From Candidatus Bathyarchaeota archaeon (lineage in GTDB: Archaea; Thermoproteota; Bathyarchaeia; Bathyarchaeales; Bathycorpusculaceae), in NCBI GenBank assembly GCA_963717465.1, contig OY970340.1, positions 1,696,001 through 1,760,000 of the forward strand: DNA of 64,000 nt, given 5' to 3'. Below the pieces are notes generated by a model. That model ran no database searches. It was not told the DNA's origin and saw only the letters and a program-made list of their open reading frames with translations. A program made the translations under genes and the position numbers. Positions 63,986 to 64,000 of this stretch are shown one piece after another. The number at the start of each line of letters is the position of its first letter. The first letter of the stretch is position 1.

Positions 63986-64000
63986 GTTATCTGTTTCGCC

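Overview
Archaeal chromosomal window, most consistent with Bathyarchaeia. This assignment is inferred from gene content: Hdr/Flx/Mvh, fwdDBAC, archaeal-type IleRS and many small Zn-finger proteins. Layout: (1) 1-11.7 kb holds two tandem electron-bifurcation operons, hdrA-flxDCBA-hdrCB and a separately promoted hdrA-mvhDGA, followed by an unknown Cys-containing protein. (2) 12.7-24.9 kb is an accessory, partly decayed region ending at tRNA-Ala(CGC). It is bounded by partial copies of that tRNA's 3' end (probable att remnants) and carries a Pat-like acyl-CoA ligase/GNAT fusion, a transposase remnant, MBL, MFS and a radical SAM with a non-canonical CX3CX3C motif. (3) 25-37 kb has a GT4, DMT, threonine aldolase and an unusual Opp/Dpp operon. 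(4) 37-43 kb is a run of unrelated single genes separated by a recurring palindromic motif. (5) The rest holds ileS, a conserved-hypothetical cluster, fwdDBAC, mobB, a cysteine desulfurase and a ~1450-aa Dna2-like Fe-S nuclease-helicase at the right edge. About 16 single-base frameshifts break otherwise intact genes, including ileS, and are best read as sequencing or assembly errors. No CRISPR array, rRNA or intact integrase was seen.
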